Under the pieces are notes generated by a model that saw only the letters and a list, made by a program, of their open reading frames with translations, did no database searches and was not told the origin of the DNA. DNA of 64,000 nt. Origin: Lingula anatina (lineage: Eukaryota; Animalia; Brachiopoda). The stretch spans positions 5,208,001-5,272,000 of the forward strand of contig CM120643.1 of the NCBI GenBank assembly GCA_051362555.1, given 5' to 3'. Positions 62,191-64,000 of this stretch are shown in pieces. Numbering within the stretch: position 1 is the stretch's first letter; every line of letters begins with the position of its first letter. The position numbers and the translations under genes are program-made.

Positions 62191-64000
62191 GGATGGCAGT
62201 TTGTACTTGCAGTCATGCATTAAATAAAATGTTTGAAATGTTTGACCTATAAAATTATGCCCCTGCAACAAAGATGCACAATAAAAACCACCAACTAAAA
62301 ATTTACATTTTATGGAGAGGCAGGAGTTGCCAATTAGGGCTACACCCTTGGAGACTTCAAATACCCTATGTTGCAATTTATTTGAATTAGACTCAAGTGA
62401 TGGAATAACAGGCTCTGCTTTGTGCTTCTGCTTAAAGCTGAGATGGGAAATTAAAAAAAGGAAACCCTCCCGAGTCTGAGCACTGACTAGTGAGAATGTT
62501 GAGTCGTGTCTGAGCATGCGCAGTGACTATAGGGAGAATGTTGACTGGTGTTTGAGCAGTGACTAGGGAGAATGTTGACTGGTGTCTGAGCAGTGACTAG
62601 GCAGAATGTTGACTGGTGTCTGAGCAGTGACTAGGGAGAATGTTGACTGGTGTCTGAGCAGTGACTAGGGAGAATGTTGACTGGTGTCTGAGCAGTGACT
62701 AGGGAGAATGTTGACTGGTGTCTGAGCAGTGACTAGGGAGAATGTTGACTGTAGTCTAAGCATTGGCTGGTGAAAATGGTGACTGGTGTCTGAGCATTTA
62801 CCAAGGACAATGTTGACTAGGGCTGTATGGTAATTGTGTTGAGAAAAAGCAACAAGAAGTTATCTTGCCAAATACCAGTCTTTGATCATGTACCAATGGT
62901 ATTTTTCTGTGGAGAACAATTGCTGTAGTGCTTCTTATTGGTAATAGCTCATAGATTTTTGATACATCACTTATTCTTTTCTTACATTATCTATTGAACT
63001 GCATGTAATCAGTTATGTTTGAATTTTATGAGAAATTACTTCTTCTGTAGTCTTTGTAATATAATCTTGATATGTTCCTCTTTACAGGGTACTAACACTA
63101 CAGCCACTGCAGCTAGTAGTATTAATAGTTGTGTTGCCACTGGTACTGAAAGTAAAACTGCTTCCCAAAGTAAAACTAAACCAAGCTCTACTATAGAAAC
63201 TATAGCCAGCAGCAGGTCTGATACCTGTCAGCCACCCACAGTAACTTCCCTCTCAGACACTGTACCTTCTGTGACATCAGTTTCCACAGCCATTTCTTCT
63301 GCTGCATTATGTGATCAACTCAAGGGCGATCACTTTGTGCCAATTACTATGGCAGAGACACTGGTTGAATGTATATGTCCTACACTGCAAGTGTCATCAT
63401 CTGGCATGCTTGACAGTGTGAGCAAGTAACTTTGTTCTTTCTTTCCTTACTCTGTACACCTATTCTGTTACCACCTGCAAAAGCTTGGTTGATATATTAT
63501 CTTTCATTTTGCATGTAGTTGTTTGCCTCGGAATGCTAGCCTTTGACAGGAGCCTTGATCCCTCTGTGACCTTGACCCTAATCTTGACCTACAGTCTAAA
63601 CTGTTCAGTTTTATAGGTATTTGGGAATGCAAGCGTTAATGCTGCATATTTTTTCAGGAACCATGTTTAAAATTTACCAAGGGAAGAAAAAGACTTACTA
63701 GTAGAAGAGAGGATTTTCAGGACATGCAAGAGAGTAGTTGTAGATCAGACAGTGTAAAAGAAAATGTCTCTGTGCTAACAGATTTGCAGAGGAAACCACC
63801 TGTTTCATGTGGCATAGACACTAATGCCTCTTTAGCACCGAGTAGGCACATGGGTTACTCTACTTTATGTGATGAACAGCCAGTTATCCAAGGAATGAAT
63901 GATGTGCAAGAAAAAACCCCAGAGGAGAATGCAGGTGACAGTGAAAGTGTTCTACCCAGTGATCTGGATAGTAGGTGTCATGTAGATGGTGGGGTACCCA
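49149..64000 (+). CDS. JARID2: JARID2 / Jumonji homolog (PRC2 accessory subunit), 5' portion of the spliced CDS; continues past the window end
   Basis: ERPKRTIIPKNL|DESAGLSWREETDLKKALLASLRESK resembles the human N-terminus ([38 protein letters not shown]). RAQRKFAQ is the K116 motif, and RAKTEDFLTFLCLRG|TPALP is the PRC2-binding segment. JmjN/ARID/JmjC domains are not inside the window. Confidence 0.9.
50689..50997 (+). CDS. JARID2: JARID2 exon (N-terminal extension ...MTYAVRKSSP...AERPKRTIIPKNL)
   Basis: Open frame; donor TTG|GTAGGC; 5' boundary ambiguous (50654, 50662 or 50689); internal ATG at 50737. Confidence 0.82.
51242..51424 (+). CDS. JARID2: JARID2 exon with UIM-like helix (DESAGLSWREETDLKKALLASLRES...)
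   Basis: Strong pyrimidine tract + cag acceptor, CAG|GTATGC donor; 183 nt, phase 0-0; read manually. Confidence 0.9.
51607..52262. mobile_element. CMC/EnSpm-like MITE (CCC termini, AA TSD) containing a nested CACTA-ended MITE (51733-52072, TT TSD)
   Basis: AA|CCCGCACGAAAATGCAGTAG..CTACAGCGTTTTCTTGCGGG|AA; inner TT|CACTATTGGGCTTGATTTGATCTTAAAGTGC..GCACTTTAAGACCAAATCCAGCCCACTAGTG|TT. Confidence 0.72.
55134..55763. mobile_element. Longer member of the TTAA-flanked (Kolobok-like) family
   Basis: TTAA|AGTCATAATAACTCTTCGTTTTGGCC...GAAGAGTTATTATTGCT|TTAA; CpG-rich interior. Confidence 0.75.
56890..57041 (+). CDS. JARID2: Probable JARID2 exon (VSKESKEVESLTQKVDSP...MTTDYV)
   Basis: tttag acceptor, AG|GTGAAA donor; open 152 nt; supplies exactly the phase 0->2 shift needed between the flanking exons; no recognised motif. 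Confidence 0.65.
58459..59978 (+). mobile_element. Near-complete HINE-like element, family D
   Basis: 5' IR ATGTACAGACACAGATGTGTCTGTACAT, (GTC)n tract, internal tandem units, 3' subTIR GTCTGTACAT + hairpin GACAGCTTTGCTGCC (duplicated). Other copies/fragments at ~2560-2900, 3473, 5000-5800, 8444, 9710-10600, 24320-24650, 31157-31790, 50300-50420, 52905-54300 and 57187-58100. Confidence 0.78.
60254..60465 (+). CDS. JARID2: JARID2 exon with K116-equivalent RAQRKFAQ and TEDFLTFLCLRG
   Basis: tttttag acceptor, G|GTGGGT donor; motifs near-identical to vertebrate JARID2. Confidence 0.93.
60508..61300. repeat. ~790-bp foldback element just downstream of the JARID2 K116 exon
   Basis: CTTTTCATCCATTTTAT.AATATTTTTAATGTGA...TGCAACTC and further segments have collinear reverse complements at ~61060-61260; C-run and G-run ends. 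Confidence 0.78.
61871..62052 (+). CDS. JARID2: JARID2 exon (GTPALPKKLNFFNYPP...DVSPL)
   Basis: ctttcag acceptor, CTG|GTGAGT donor; continues CLRG-(S/T)PALP as in vertebrate JARID2. Confidence 0.88.
62478..62820. repeat. Minisatellite, 34 bp x ~9-10
   Basis: GAGCAGTGACTAGGGAGAATGTTGACTGGTGTCT; homogeneous centre, degenerate edges. Confidence 0.93.
63088..63417 (+). CDS. JARID2: Probable JARID2 exon, Ser/Thr-rich low-complexity
   Basis: tttacag acceptor in phase 0; open frame; donor after 63415 or 63417. Confidence 0.65.
63658..64000 (+). CDS. JARID2: Probable JARID2 exon, truncated by the window end (...DMQESSCRSDSVKENVSVL...)
   Basis: One frame is open to the window end; acceptors ttttcag at 63657 (phase 1) or 63720 (phase 0). 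Confidence 0.6.

Noticed and set aside
62478-62820. 34-bp (and 35-bp at 32561-32810) repeats as CRISPR arrays
   Set aside because: Units are contiguous with no unique spacers, there are no cas genes, and the context is a eukaryotic intron.

Overview
AT-rich, repeat-dense animal genomic DNA with spliceosomal introns; a mollusc-like invertebrate is inferred from the repeat types but not proven. The window holds two divergently transcribed genes. (1) A complete 10-exon PIGT/Gpi16 gene (GPI transamidase subunit) on the minus strand, 46488->7688. I joined the exons by hand; all GT-AG phases agree and give 1785 nt / 594 aa. (2) The 5' part of a JARID2/Jumonji gene (PRC2.2 cofactor) on the plus strand, from about 49149 to beyond the window end. 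It shows the UIM-like segment, the K116-equivalent RAQRKFAQ motif and the TEDFLTFLCLRG motif. PIGT intron 1 contains a full-length, apparently intact 6.3-kb L1/Tx1-clade LINE with two open ORFs, a poly(A) tail and a perfect 14-bp target-site duplication (TSD). The introns are filled with non-autonomous DNA transposons (Helentron/HINE-, PIF/Harbinger-, TTAA/Kolobok-, CMC/EnSpm-, Academ- and Tc1-like), Gypsy and Penelope relics, foldbacks and minisatellites. The most notable observation is an N-terminal extension of JARID2 that resembles the histone H3 tail, including a TYAVRKSSP motif similar to the H3K27 site. Transposon superfamily calls rest only on termini/TSD patterns read by eye.
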